DNA of 64,000 bases from NCBI GenBank assembly GCA_016192455.1, contig JACPUC010000006.1:248001-312000 (forward strand). Reading direction: 5' to 3'. The stretch comes from Candidatus Tectimicrobiota bacterium (GTDB lineage: Bacteria; JACPUC01). Made by a program: the position numbers and the translations under genes. The notes under the pieces were generated by a model. That model searched no databases, was not told the origin of the DNA, and saw only the letters and a list, made by a program, of their open reading frames with translations. Positions within the stretch are counted from its first letter, which is position 1; every line of letters begins with the position of its first letter. Below, piece by piece: positions 31,758-42,314 of this stretch.

Positions 31758-33814
31758 GCTGCCGTCTCCCGAAGGTGGACGATCAAGTGGCCGAGGGTGT
31801 GCACCACGGCTCGCTGGCCGATCTCCAAGAGGGTGGTCGAGTCCATCTCCTCGATGATGGCGGGGCCGTGCATCTGGTTGTCGGCGAGGAGAGCCGCCCG
31901 GTCGAAGACTTCCGCCTCGACGAAGGTCCCCGCCACGGTGGAGTAGACGCGCCGCCGGCCGCGGCGCGCCGCTGCGGGGGGCTCGGTTCCCCCGGCCGCG
32001 AGCGGCCGCCAGCGCGGCGGATTGGCGCTGGCGAAGGCGGTGACGTAGAGCTCGTTGTAGACCACCGGGTCGCCCACATTGGCGAAGGTGAAGACACGCT
32101 CGTGCTCGCCGTGGAAGGCACGCTCGACCTCGTCGAGCTTGGCCGGCGCGAGCTCGCCGGAGAGCACCGGCACGCGCAGCTCGTGAGACTGGTGCTGGTA
32201 GCTCATATCGGCCCAGCGTCGCAACTGGATGTTCACGTCGGCCACGCCGTCCTTGCGCAGCCGTTCGATCCCCTGCTGCTCCATGGCGGCGAAGAGGCGA
32301 TTGAAGGTTGCCAGGTCCTCCTCGGTCTCGCGGCGCGTCTTCACGTAGGACTGCACGTAGTCGTACTTCAGATCGGCTTGCAGGCACCCCATGGCCGAGA
32401 CCAGCCCCGGATGGAGCGGCACAATGAGGGAGCCGACGCCGAGCTCCGCGGCCAGGGTGCCGCCGTGCAGGGGGCCGGCGCCGCCGAAGGGGAAGAGGGC
32501 GAAGTCCCGCGGGTCGAAGCCGCGCTCCACCACCCGCAGGCGAATCTCCTCCGCCATGTTCGAGTTGGCGGTGCGCAGGATGCCGAGGGCCACCTCGAGG
32601 TCGCTCATGCCGAGCGGCTCGGCCAACGTATGCAGCGCGCGCCAGGCGAGCTCCGGCTGTAGGCGCATGCGCCCGCCGAGGAAATGCTCCGGGTCGATCA
32701 TGCCGAGGGCGATGTAGGCGTCGCTGAGGGTCGGCTGGCTGCCGCCGAGGCCGTAGCAGGCCGGCCCCGGGGTGGCCCCGGCGCTCTGCGGGCCGACCTT
32801 CAGGGCCCCGCCGGCGTCGATCCAGGCAATGCTGCCGCCGCCGGCGCCGATGCTCGTGATGTCGATCATCGGCATGGCGAGATTGTACTCATAGAGGCGA
32901 TCCTTGGTGATGATCGGCTCGCCGTCCACCACCACGCCGATGTCGCAGCTCGTCCCTCCCAGGTCCACGGCGATGAGGTTCGGCGCCCCGACCTCGCGGC
33001 CGCAGGCAACCGCCGCCGTGATGCCAGCCGCCGGCCCCCCGCCGATGAGGTTCACCGGGTTGCGCACCGCCACGTCCTGGCTCATCATGCCGCCGCTGGC
33101 CCGCACCAGCAGGAGGTCGTGAGCGTAGCCCTGCTCGCGCAGGGCGTCCTGCAGGCTGGTGACGTAGCGGGCGATCTTCTGCATCAGGTAGGCGTTGACC
33201 ACCGCCACGCAGGTACGCTCGTACTCGCGGCGGATGGGAAGGATGTTGCTCGACAGGGATACCCTGCACTCCGGGAAGAGCGCCGCCAACCGTTCACCGA
33301 CGACGCGCTCGTGCGCGGGGTTGACGTAGGAGAAGAGGAAGCAGACCGCTATCGCCGTCACCTCCTGCTGGCGCAGCGCCAGGATGGCGGCGTCCACCTC
33401 CTCCACATTCAGGGGGGTGATGACCCGCCCCCGCCAGTCGATGCGCTCCGTCACCTCGTAGCGGAACTGCCGTGGCACGAGAGGCGGCGGCAGCTCTTTC
33501 AAGAGATCGTAAGGCGGCGGCGGGCGAAAGCCCCGGCGAATCTCCAGGACGTCGCGGAACCCTCGCGTCGTGATCAAGCCGGTGCGGGCGCCGGTCTTCT
33601 CGATCATGGCGTTCGTGGCGATCGTCGTGCCGTGGACGACCAGCTCGACGTCGTGCAAGCCTTCCTGCAGCGTGCGAATGGCCTGCATGACGCCGTAGGC
33701 CTGGTTCGTCACGGTCGAGGGAACCTTCGTAAGAGAGAGGTTCCCGTCAGCATCGGTGAGCACCATGTCCGTGAAGGTGCCCCCGACATCCACCCCAACC
33801 CGTTTCCCCGCCAT
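31754..33814 (-). CDS. Hydantoinase A / 5-oxoprolinase alpha subunit
   Basis: GVDVGGTFTD, HGTTIATN, DLGGTSCD, IGAGGGS, GPQSAGATPGPACY, FGGAGPLH; GGAGGGAGG RBS. Confidence 0.93.
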   Translation of the reverse strand: MAGKRVGVDVGGTFTDMVLTDADGNLSLTKVPSTVTNQAYGVMQAIRTLQEGLHDVELVVHGTTIATNAMIEKTGARTGLITTRGFRDVLEIRRGFRPPPPYDLLKELPPPLVPRQFRYEVTERIDWRGRVITPLNVEEVDAAILALRQQEVTAIAVCFLFSYVNPAHERVVGERLAALFPECRVSLSSNILPIRREYERTCVAVVNAYLMQKIARYVTSLQDALREQGYAHDLLLVRASGGMMSQDVAVRNPVNLIGGGPAAGITAAVACGREVGAPNLIAVDLGGTSCDIGVVVDGEPIITKDRLYEYNLAMPMIDITSIGAGGGSIAWIDAGGALKVGPQSAGATPGPACYGLGGSQPTLSDAYIALGMIDPEHFLGGRMRLQPELAWRALHTLAEPLGMSDLEVALGILRTANSNMAEEIRLRVVERGFDPRDFALFPFGGAGPLHGGTLAAELGVGSLIVPLHPGLVSAMGCLQADLKYDYVQSYVKTRRETEEDLATFNRLFAAMEQQGIERLRKDGVADVNIQLRRWADMSYQHQSHELRVPVLSGELAPAKLDEVERAFHGEHERVFTFANVGDPVVYNELYVTAFASANPPRWRPLAAGGTEPPAAARRGRRRVYSTVAGTFVEAEVFDRAALLADNQMHGPAIIEEMDSTTLLEIGQRAVVHTLGHLIVHLRETAA

Positions 33815-34491
33815 CGCCTCCCTCCACCAAGTTCTCCGTGAGTTTCCACCAGGTTCCCGCCGCAACGCGGCCGCCTCTGCCGACATCGCACCGTTGCCGG
33901 CAGGCGCGCCGCTGCCGCCGGCAACAAGACAACCCAGCAATTCTACCCCAGAGAAGGGGTCCGTGTCTTTGATGCTTGTCAACAGGTCTCACGCCAAGAT
34001 GCAGCCCGCCGCGTTCCGCGCTCGCCGGACAGCCTCGTCGATCCGCCCTGCTCTTGAGGAATCGCCCTCCCCTCGCCCCATCTCCCCCGGCGCCTCTTCC
34101 TGCGCTACGAGGCTCGCGGAACAGGGAACGAGCCGGCCAGCGGGTGTCCGCGATGATCGCTCATGAGGTCGTACAAAGATTCATTCCGCCACCGTGCTCA
34201 TCATGGTATCGTGGGGACGATGGGGTGGTTGCGGAGGCGGGGAGAGTGATGAGATGCTCATGGTCGCCTGAAGCGCTCGCGGCGTGGAGCACCCTCGCTG
34301 CAGATGGCTGCCGCCGGTCTGATCCTCGCAGAGTGGAGGTGTTCGGACCGGCCCCGCCTCACCTGCGATGTCGCTGATGCAGACCGGTGAGAAGGAGTCG
34401 AGTCGTGCGCCCTTCATGCCCGCATCATGTTACAGCGGGCAATCTCTCCGCAACGCCTGACGGCACCAACCCAAGAGGAGGAGGTCTGCAC

Positions 34492-35529
34492 ATGAGAGCG
34501 CGTGTCTTTCCGCTGCTGCTGTCGGTCATTCTCGTCCTTGGCCTGGTTCTTGGCTCATCCGGAAAGGCCCAGGCCGAACCAGTCGAGATCAGCCTCGGCT
34601 ACGTGACGGCCGTAGGTCAGCTCACCCCTTTGATCTACGAAGTGCACAAGTTGGGAGCGCTGAAGCACTACGGCAAGACCTACACCGTGAACTCGCTGCA
34701 CTTCAAGGGTACCTCCCCGATGATCCCCGCCATGGCCGCGGGGCAGCTTGATATTGGCTACCTCGCCTTCTCGAGCTTCGCCAATGCCGTCCTCAATGCG
34801 AAGCTTCCGGTGCGCCTGCTCTCCGACCACATGCAGACCGGGCCCAAGTCTGGTTTTGCCTTTACCTGGTACGCCCTGGAGAAATCCGCCATCAAGTCGG
34901 TTCCAGACCTGCGCGGCAAGAATGTGGCCATCAACGTGGCGGGGGCCGGCGTTGACCTCATGCTGCGCGCCGCGCTGAAGAAACATGGCTTGGACCCCGC
35001 GAAGGACGTGAACATCGTTGAAGTGGCATTTCCGAACATCGAGGCAATGCTGCGCGAAGGGAAGATCGACGCCGGCGTGTTGGTGAGCTCCTTCGCCATG
35101 CGGGCGCTGCGGCGCGGCGGCTTGCACAAGGTGTTTGCGGCCCGCGATGAGATCGGCGGCACGCAGTTCGTCTTCCCGGTGGTGATGGAGTCATTCCTCG
35201 AAAAGCGTCTGGACGTGCTGGCGGATTTCCTGGAGGACTACCTCATCTCCCTCGCCTGGTACCGCAATCCGGCAAACCGCGACAAGGCGATCGATCTCGC
35301 CGCGGCCTTCACCAAGCAGCCCCGGAAGACCCTCGAGGATTGGGCGTTCAAGCCGGAGTGGGATTACTACCGCGATCCTAACGGCGAGCCGAACCTCGAG
35401 GTTCTGCAGAAAAACATCAATCTGCTCGCGGAAATGAAGTTCATCAAGGAGTCGTTTGACGTCAAAAAGTACGTCGACCTCAGGCCGCTGCGCAAGGCCC
35501 AGGCGCGTTTTCAGGCGCTGAAGAAATAG
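34492..35529 (+). CDS. ABC transporter substrate-binding protein (NMT1/SsuA/THI5-like)
   Basis: Signal peptide, IKSVPDLRGKNVA, GKIDA motifs; GAGGAGG RBS. Confidence 0.88.
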   Translation: MRARVFPLLLSVILVLGLVLGSSGKAQAEPVEISLGYVTAVGQLTPLIYEVHKLGALKHYGKTYTVNSLHFKGTSPMIPAMAAGQLDIGYLAFSSFANAVLNAKLPVRLLSDHMQTGPKSGFAFTWYALEKSAIKSVPDLRGKNVAINVAGAGVDLMLRAALKKHGLDPAKDVNIVEVAFPNIEAMLREGKIDAGVLVSSFAMRALRRGGLHKVFAARDEIGGTQFVFPVVMESFLEKRLDVLADFLEDYLISLAWYRNPANRDKAIDLAAAFTKQPRKTLEDWAFKPEWDYYRDPNGEPNLEVLQKNINLLAEMKFIKESFDVKKYVDLRPLRKAQARFQALKK

Positions 35530-35949
35530 TGCTGGAAGGGAGCGTCCCCCGAATGGCCGGGCGGGGCCATCGGCAGGCAGGCCCGGCCGCGCGGCGGGAC
35601 CATGGTTCTTCCACCAGCGCACTGTTGCAGTCGAGGACTGCGAGCAGCCCGACGATCGGCGGCGACGCTCCCCGCCCAACCGATGCCGCCGCCCCAATCA
35701 CCACGCGCCATCCCAGGCATGGGATCGGCGCCGCCAGCGGCGGCAAGAGGGCTGCGGTCTCGGCGGCGGCTGGTCCACGATCGTGCTGGCGCCCCGGAGC
35801 CTGACCGCCATGGAAGCGCGGGAGATGCGGGGCCTCGAGCCGCAGAACGCCTCGGGAGTGGAAGAGAACCCTGGCTTGCCTGAGAGGCGGGCGGGAGAGA
35901 TTCAGCAGACACTCGGCGGATACGGGAGGGATTGCTTGCAAGCGAAAGC

Positions 35950-35995
<46 letters not shown>

Positions 35996-36242
35996 TCACA
36001 ACAACTCACTGCATCTTTGATCCCTGGGAGCCTGTCAGAGAATCCGCGGAACCGCTGTTTTCGCACCCGTACCACGCATTGCCCGTGCCATTCCGCACCG
36101 TAAAACAGCGTTGAATGATCCAGATGAGTGTGTGTTCCACCGTCTGACTGGTCTTGAGGCGGTGCTCCGACAGGCTCGAAGGCGCTCCAGCTCCAGAACC
36201 TACGGACAAGTGGTTGGCGACCTGGGCGCGGTGCTCCGCGGC

Positions 36243-39200
36243 TTACTTTTCGATGACCTCCAGACGGAGATCATCATAATAGAGAGGCTCGTTGACGATG
36301 CCGTCCTGCGTCGTATCCACGGCAAAGAACAGCGTGAAACTTCCCACCGGAAGCCCTCCAGGCAGATTGATGATTTCCAGCTCGTCCACGTCGGTGATGG
36401 GGGCCTGACGGAACGCTGCCGGCGTGGTGGTGAAGGTCGTGCCGTCGAACCAGAAGATGCCGAAAGGCGTGGCGGCGGCCACCCACCAGTCGGCCTCTTC
36501 GCCCTCGTGCCCCGCCGCATCGAGGCCGATGCTTAAGACGAACGCGTCAGTGCTGCCGAGGCTGAGCGGCCCGTCCGTTCTGTTCCCCTTGATGTCGGCG
36601 ATGCTCTCGAGGCGCACCCGGATATCCATGAAATCCCGCTCGGAGCCGCTTGCATCCGAAACCCTCACCGTGGTCTCCGCCCCTCCCCCGGGCGCTGTCG
36701 TGTCGTAGCCGGGCGCCATGCTCAGGACCAGCTTGCGCTCGCGGCTGCTGGCGACCTCCGGTAAGCGCGGCGAGACGAGGACCAGCGCCTCGTTGGCCGA
36801 TTCAGCCGTCCAGCTCAAGGTGCCGGCGCCGGCGTTGGTTACGTTCATGATGAGACTCGGCGTCTTCCGGCTGAGATGGACCTCGCTGCGCTCGACAGCC
36901 ACGCGAGCCTCTTCACCCCCGCCGATGGCTTGCGGGTCGGCATCCGCCGGCTGCGGGTCGCTCGCGTCGGGTAGCCCATCCCCATCAGTATCGGCGTTCA
37001 GGGGATCGGTAATGAAGGCGTCGCTGCCCCCGGTCACCTCTTCCAGGTCCGTCAGGCCGTCGCCGTCGGTGTCGGCCAGGTCCGGTTTGGTGCCGATCTC
37101 AAATTCACTGATGCTGCTCAGCCCATCGAGGTCCGGGTCTTCGTCGGCGTCATCGCGGCTCGGATCCAGGCCGTTGGCCGTCTCGTAATCATCGGGGAGG
37201 CCATCGACGTCGCGGTCGATCGCCTCGGGAGCAACACCGAGAACGTGGACGAAGGTGGGCGCCACGAAGGTGACGGCCGGCGCGCCGTTCTCCAGCACCT
37301 CGATCTGCAGGGTGAGGCGCACGCTGCTTGCCAGCGGTTCCCGGTAGCGCACCTGCCAGGCAACCTCCACTTCGTCGCCGCCGCTTCCTGGCACGCCGTC
37401 ATCCGCCGCCAGGGGGGTTGCTCCCCCCAGCTCGAGCGGCGTCAGCGCCTCAACCGAACCCTCCGCGGCGCTGATCGTCAGCCGTGCGGACAGCCCCGTG
37501 ACCGCAACGGTGCCGAGATTCCTGATGGCGGCCCGCAGGGTGAAGCGTTCGGGGCTGCTGGAAATGCTCTCGCTGCCGGTCTCGTCCGAGCTGATGCTGA
37601 AGCGGTCCACGACCACCGCCGGCAGCAGCGGCGTGGCGCCGGCGGCATTGACGATCTCGCTGAACCTGGCAACCACCTGATCCATCTTCTCCTGCAACAC
37701 AGCAACCTGCGACAGCGCCCGATTGCGGTCGGCAAGGTAGAGGCTGTCGCGCTCGCTCGGGTAGGTGAGGAGCAGGGCCTTGAAGGAGAGGTTGAGCAGC
37801 AGGCTCTGCAACTCGGCCGCCTTCAGTCGGGCGGCAAGCTCGGTCTGCACGGCGTCGGCAAGCAAGGTGGAGGCAGCGGCCTGATCGCTGCCGAGGGCCT
37901 GCGCCTTGAGGTGCGAGAGCGCCTGGGCGAAGCGCTCCAGGGCACGCTGCAAGGTATCCTCCGCCGCAGGCTCCGAGGTGAACCAGACGACATCCGGGAT
38001 GTGGTCGTCTTGCAGGCTCTCGACGATGCGGTCCAGCACCGCGTGCAGGGCGTCACGAGCGCTCTGAAGCTGAGCGAGCAGGTTCGGGTTGAAGGTGGAG
38101 GCGGCGTCGAGCCGCTGGCGGAGCGCCGCGTCGGTTGCTCCCCCGGCTCCCTTGGCCACCTGCAAGGCAAACTGCGGCGGCGTCTGCCCGTAGGCCTGGT
38201 AGATGCCTCGCCGCACGGCATCGGGTAGCTGCAGGAAGACGTAGCCCGCCGGCAGAACGAAGGTGGCGGTGTTGGCGGCGTACTTCGTGACCTTGCCGAC
38301 CGCACCCAGGGCCTTCACTTCGGGAATGGCCAGCGACAGGGCATCGAAAGCCCCCTGGGCTGTGCTGGCCGCTAGGGCGACGCCCTTGGCGAGGTGGTAC
38401 TTCACGGCGATGTCGGAGGCTTTCTCGCTCATCTCGCTCAACGTCGCCACGGTCTGCGCCCGGTCCCGTTGATAGGCGACGGGGTCGCTCGTCGCCCAAG
38501 CTTCAAATTGCCGCCGAGAAAACTGCAAGGCATCCTTCGTCAGTCTGGTGTAAGAGGCCACCTGTCCATCGAGCAGATTATCGTGAGCCGACTTGATGAG
38601 TTCGGCCAGCAAGACCTTGCCAAGCTCTTTACCCAGTCCTTGAAGACTCTGGTGGATCATCGCATTGAAGAACGAGGCGAACCCTTTCTCGACGACCGTC
38701 ACTGCGAAGTTCGTGGCTCCCTGATCAGCTCCAAGGTTGATCAGGAAGACTTTTAATGGCTTGAACAGGACCGCATCGACGACCGTCTTCATACCCTTGA
38801 AAAACTCCGAGAAGCCCAGGGTGCTGTTGCTTTTTTTTGCTGAGAGCGCGGTTTCAATGCGGTTCAGGTCACGCTCTGTGTATCTTCCCCGGCCGTACTG
38901 CCAACGGAATCCAGGGTTAAGCGAGGTTCGGCCGCCGCCTTCCTGGATGCGGCGGATGTCTTCCGCCCGCTTCTTGAGGGCGTCGGATTCCTGTCGCAGA
39001 CGCTTAAGGTTGCGGTTATCGAAGATCTTCAGTTCATCAACAAGATCACTCACCAAGGTTGCCAGCCCATCGAGCATGAAGGTGATGAGCTCATCCGCGA
39101 ACTTCACCCCGTTGAAAGCGGCGCGCTCGGCCCAAATAGCCCGCTTGAGGGCTTCCCGAAGCTGCCGCAGCCGCTCCTCGTCCAGGCTCCCTCCCTCAAT

Positions 39201-40499
39201 CTGAGCCACGATCTGGTTCACGTAGAGCTGCGCCAGGTTTTCAATCTCGAGGTAGTGATTGGGACTGAGCAGGCTGAGCTGCTCGATCAGGTTTCTCTTC
39301 GCGCCCGCTCCATCGAAGGGATCGAGGAAAACCGTGGTGTCACTCTCGACGGTAATATTCGGCACACTCTTGGTAAGGAAGTAGAGTGTCTGCTCCGATT
39401 CATCCGGCAGCAGCTCTTCGGTTTGAGCCTGGCTGACTTCCAGGGTGTAGTAGGCGCGGCCCCAGGCGCGGACGCCGCCGCGTCTCCCCATGACAAAGAT
39501 CGGGACGTTGCTGAAGGTGAACCGACCGGCTCTCGTGAAGGAGGCGTTTCCCTCCGCATCCGTAAAGCTGGCGTCGGCGCCTTCGGCAAGCTTCGCGGGG
39601 TCGAGCTTTATTTCGGCAAAAAGAGTCCGGTTGGAGCGCAGGAAGGTTCGGTACTCCTCATCAGATTCATCCCGGTTCTGATCGCGCAGGTACCCCTTCT
39701 GCTGGAAGAGAAGGATGGTTGCTCGAGTGATGACGTTGTCGTCGCGGGTGCGGTCCTTCAGCAGACCGCGGATGCTTCCCTTGGCGTTGAGTTCAAACGG
39801 ACCAAGGGAAAGGGGACGCAACTCCGGCCGTATGGCATCCTCCTGATTGCTTCCACGCAGCCGGCATGAAAGATCGCGGCTGGTAACAATCTCGTTGAGA
39901 AGATCAGGCGGTGGAAGCAAGCCGCCTCCAATCTCTGTCAGTAAAGTCCCACGCTCGGAAACTTGGGCGCTGACCTGAACGCGCGTCCGCCCGGAAGGGG
40001 GGGCAACTTCCAGGAGAAGAGGACGGTTCCCGATGCCCCCGAAGCCGCACACGGAGATCTCGATGGGAGGACATGGCGCGAATCCAAATCTGATTGTTGA
40101 GGCATCCTGTTCGGTGCCGGGAATAGGAACCGGGTAGAGTCGCAGCAGCTCGAGCGAGCCGACATAGTTGAGGCGAAAGCTGGTTACAGGGAACGGGCGG
40201 GCGACGTCGCAGATCGACCTGAAATCGTCACTGATCTCCTCGGGCTTAAGCAGATTGAGCGTCAGCCGAACTTCGGCATTGTCAGTATTGAGATTCGAAC
40301 GAGGATCGCTGCGCGGCAGGGTGGCCCAGGTGCCGCTGAGGTTGTACACGGGTCCCGAGGGCGATAAAACTACCGGCACGCCTACATCCGGCAGCGCATC
40401 CTGGAGAACCTGCGTCTGTGCCGACGTTGGCAGGGCAGAGTGGAGCAGCGCCAGGATGATCAGAACGGCTGGCCGCCGTGCCTTCATCTCTCCTCCCAT
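36243..40499 (-). CDS. Large secreted protein: signal peptide, unknown N-terminal/helical region, Ca-binding DxDGDG repeats, BACON-like domain, C-terminal ADWW domain
   Basis: 1418-aa ORF; DVDGLPD, DLDGL, DTDGDGLTD, DTDGDGLPD; NAGAGTLSWTA; IKGNRTDGP..ADWWV..TPFG..FFAVD; start may be the second Met (MKARR). Confidence 0.85.
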   Translation of the reverse strand: MGGEMKARRPAVLIILALLHSALPTSAQTQVLQDALPDVGVPVVLSPSGPVYNLSGTWATLPRSDPRSNLNTDNAEVRLTLNLLKPEEISDDFRSICDVARPFPVTSFRLNYVGSLELLRLYPVPIPGTEQDASTIRFGFAPCPPIEISVCGFGGIGNRPLLLEVAPPSGRTRVQVSAQVSERGTLLTEIGGGLLPPPDLLNEIVTSRDLSCRLRGSNQEDAIRPELRPLSLGPFELNAKGSIRGLLKDRTRDDNVITRATILLFQQKGYLRDQNRDESDEEYRTFLRSNRTLFAEIKLDPAKLAEGADASFTDAEGNASFTRAGRFTFSNVPIFVMGRRGGVRAWGRAYYTLEVSQAQTEELLPDESEQTLYFLTKSVPNITVESDTTVFLDPFDGAGAKRNLIEQLSLLSPNHYLEIENLAQLYVNQIVAQIEGGSLDEERLRQLREALKRAIWAERAAFNGVKFADELITFMLDGLATLVSDLVDELKIFDNRNLKRLRQESDALKKRAEDIRRIQEGGGRTSLNPGFRWQYGRGRYTERDLNRIETALSAKKSNSTLGFSEFFKGMKTVVDAVLFKPLKVFLINLGADQGATNFAVTVVEKGFASFFNAMIHQSLQGLGKELGKVLLAELIKSAHDNLLDGQVASYTRLTKDALQFSRRQFEAWATSDPVAYQRDRAQTVATLSEMSEKASDIAVKYHLAKGVALAASTAQGAFDALSLAIPEVKALGAVGKVTKYAANTATFVLPAGYVFLQLPDAVRRGIYQAYGQTPPQFALQVAKGAGGATDAALRQRLDAASTFNPNLLAQLQSARDALHAVLDRIVESLQDDHIPDVVWFTSEPAAEDTLQRALERFAQALSHLKAQALGSDQAAASTLLADAVQTELAARLKAAELQSLLLNLSFKALLLTYPSERDSLYLADRNRALSQVAVLQEKMDQVVARFSEIVNAAGATPLLPAVVVDRFSISSDETGSESISSSPERFTLRAAIRNLGTVAVTGLSARLTISAAEGSVEALTPLELGGATPLAADDGVPGSGGDEVEVAWQVRYREPLASSVRLTLQIEVLENGAPAVTFVAPTFVHVLGVAPEAIDRDVDGLPDDYETANGLDPSRDDADEDPDLDGLSSISEFEIGTKPDLADTDGDGLTDLEEVTGGSDAFITDPLNADTDGDGLPDASDPQPADADPQAIGGGEEARVAVERSEVHLSRKTPSLIMNVTNAGAGTLSWTAESANEALVLVSPRLPEVASSRERKLVLSMAPGYDTTAPGGGAETTVRVSDASGSERDFMDIRVRLESIADIKGNRTDGPLSLGSTDAFVLSIGLDAAGHEGEEADWWVAAATPFGIFWFDGTTFTTTPAAFRQAPITDVDELEIINLPGGLPVGSFTLFFAVDTTQDGIVNEPLYYDDLRLEVIEK

Positions 40500-40716
40500 G
40501 GCGTGCCAGCGTCATACCCGCGCGGCGCTGCCTGGAGAACGGCGAGCAGGCACGCGGTGTCAAGAACGGCATACCGGCAAGCAAGCTCCCGGTCGCTGGC
40601 TAGCCGCTCACCTGCCAACACTCTCTTCCTTTTGTAACGGCAATTCATTCCGGTGTACAGGGTAAAACTTTCGACGGCTGCGGCAAGGCTGAGCTAAGGC
40701 AGCGTTGCCGTAAGCG

Positions 40717-41232
40717 TTACGGCCGATCGTGCTCGCTCTTCTGCACACGGGAATGCGCAGCAGTGAGCTGCTCACGCTGAGGTGGGGCCAGGTGAACCTG
40801 GCGGATCGAATGATCTACCTGGAAGAGGCGAAGAATGGTGCGAGGCGGGGCGTGCCGACCAACGACGCGCTGTTCGCGGACCTGCCGGAGCAGGGAAAGG
40901 TGAGACACCCCTTCGGCGACGACGTTGTCGCCAGGCCGGAGAGCTCAGACGACCAGCGGGTGAAACCCTTCGCCGGGGTCTGCAAGGAGATGGGAGTTGA
41001 GGACTTCCACTGCCACGACCTGCGTCACACTTATGCCAGCCACCTCGTCATGGCAGGAGGAGACCTCCTGAGGGTGAAGGATTTCCTGGCGCATAAGTCC
41101 CTCGTCATGAGGGCACGGCGCCGCCACCTCACCCCATCCCCCAATCTCGCCGCGGCACAGAAGCTGACGAGCGCGTACCGAGCCGAGGAAGGATCACACC
41201 TGGCACAAATGTGGCACAAAAGCGCAGAGTGA
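40717..41232 (+). pseudogene. Tyrosine recombinase/integrase remnant (catalytic domain only)
   Basis: TGMR..E, KNG, HDLRHTYAS, LAH motifs; no N-terminal domain; expected MT.RY nucleophile reads MRARR. Confidence 0.85.
41201..41220 (+). repeat. Direct repeat TGGCACAAA x2, possible integrase arm-type sites
   Basis: TGGCACAAA-tg-TGGCACAAA between integrase 3' end and the tRNA att site. Confidence 0.5.
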
Positions 41233-41285
41233 AAGTTTTGAAAATCTGGGGAGGGAATATAAGTCGCTGATTTTGAAGGACTAGA

Positions 41286-41364
<79 letters not shown>

Positions 41365-41410
41365 ACCGAGAAGCCACGCACGACGCTCTTCGTGCGCGCT
41401 CCCTTTATTT

Positions 41411-41439
41411 AGTGTAGAGCATTTGGGGCCGTCTGTCGA
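41411..41439 (-). promoter_or_regulatory. Putative sigma70 promoter for tRNA-Pro
   Basis: TCGACA-N17-TACACT on the minus strand. Confidence 0.55.
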
Positions 41440-41640
41440 GACTTAATCAACCTGCCGCACGACCTTTTCTGTCAGGACGCGGCGGCCGGCGTTGCGACGG
41501 CTTCGAGGGGCTAGGGGCCGAGGTTGCCCCGTGGCCTTCCCTACCGCAGGCGTGCTGACAGCCGCCTCGCCGGTGGAGGAGGGTGATCGGCGGACGGGGC
41601 GCCGCCTGGTCGCCGCGCCGCGCGCCAAACCGGGCGCGCC

Positions 41641-41964
41641 TCAGTAGCGCGGCACCCGCGGGTCAACGTGCTGCGACCAGGCATCGATGCCCCCGGCCAT
41701 GTTCTTGACGTTCGAGAAGCCGTTCTGTTCGAGGAAGTCAGCCACCATCTGACTCCGCATGCCGTGGTGGCAGAAGACCACGATCTCGTGCCGCGGGTCG
41801 AGCTCGTCGAGCCGCTCCGGGATGGAGTTCATAGGGATATGCTTGGCGCCTCGCAGCGACGAGATGGCCAGCTCCTCCGGCTCCCGCACATCGAGCAGCG
41901 TGAATCGCTCACTGCTCGCCTCGATCTTCTGATGCACCATACCTGGGCTTAGTTGTGGCGCCAT
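41641..41964 (-). CDS. Single-domain rhodanese (sulfurtransferase)
   Basis: LLDVREPEE, active-site CHHGMRS, GGIDAWS..VDP.VPRY. Confidence 0.92.
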   Translation of the reverse strand: MAPQLSPGMVHQKIEASSERFTLLDVREPEELAISSLRGAKHIPMNSIPERLDELDPRHEIVVFCHHGMRSQMVADFLEQNGFSNVKNMAGGIDAWSQHVDPRVPRY

Positions 41965-42314
41965 CGTCACACCTCTGAAAAAGCGACCCTCCTTCCCGCA
42001 GGCAGGTCGGTTGTTGTTATGGATAGGCTGCAATCGACTCGGCTCTGCTCCGCGGTCTGCCGCGCGAGGCGACATCGTGAGTATGGGAAACCTCCGCCGT
42101 TGCCGCAAGACCACAGCCCGCGGCTGACAGCACCCCATCGGCAGCGCGCCGCGCAGCGGGGCGCCCGTTTGTTGACAAACCACCGCGGCGATTCCAAGAT
42201 ACTCATCCACGATACCAGTCCACGATACCCTGAGGCGCAGACGGCGGGGCGTCGGCTTGATCCATCGCGGGGAGGCGTGCCTCGCCGTCTCTCGTTCCAG
42301 GCTGTGACCGCAGC

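Noticed and set aside
35590-35930. Possible second, older integrase remnant outside the att site (PWFFHQ, RHPRHG)
   Set aside because: Similarity is too weak and fragmentary to support without a search.
36006-36209. Small ORF downstream of the island cargo as an immunity gene
   Set aside because: No RBS, coding bias or recognisable features.
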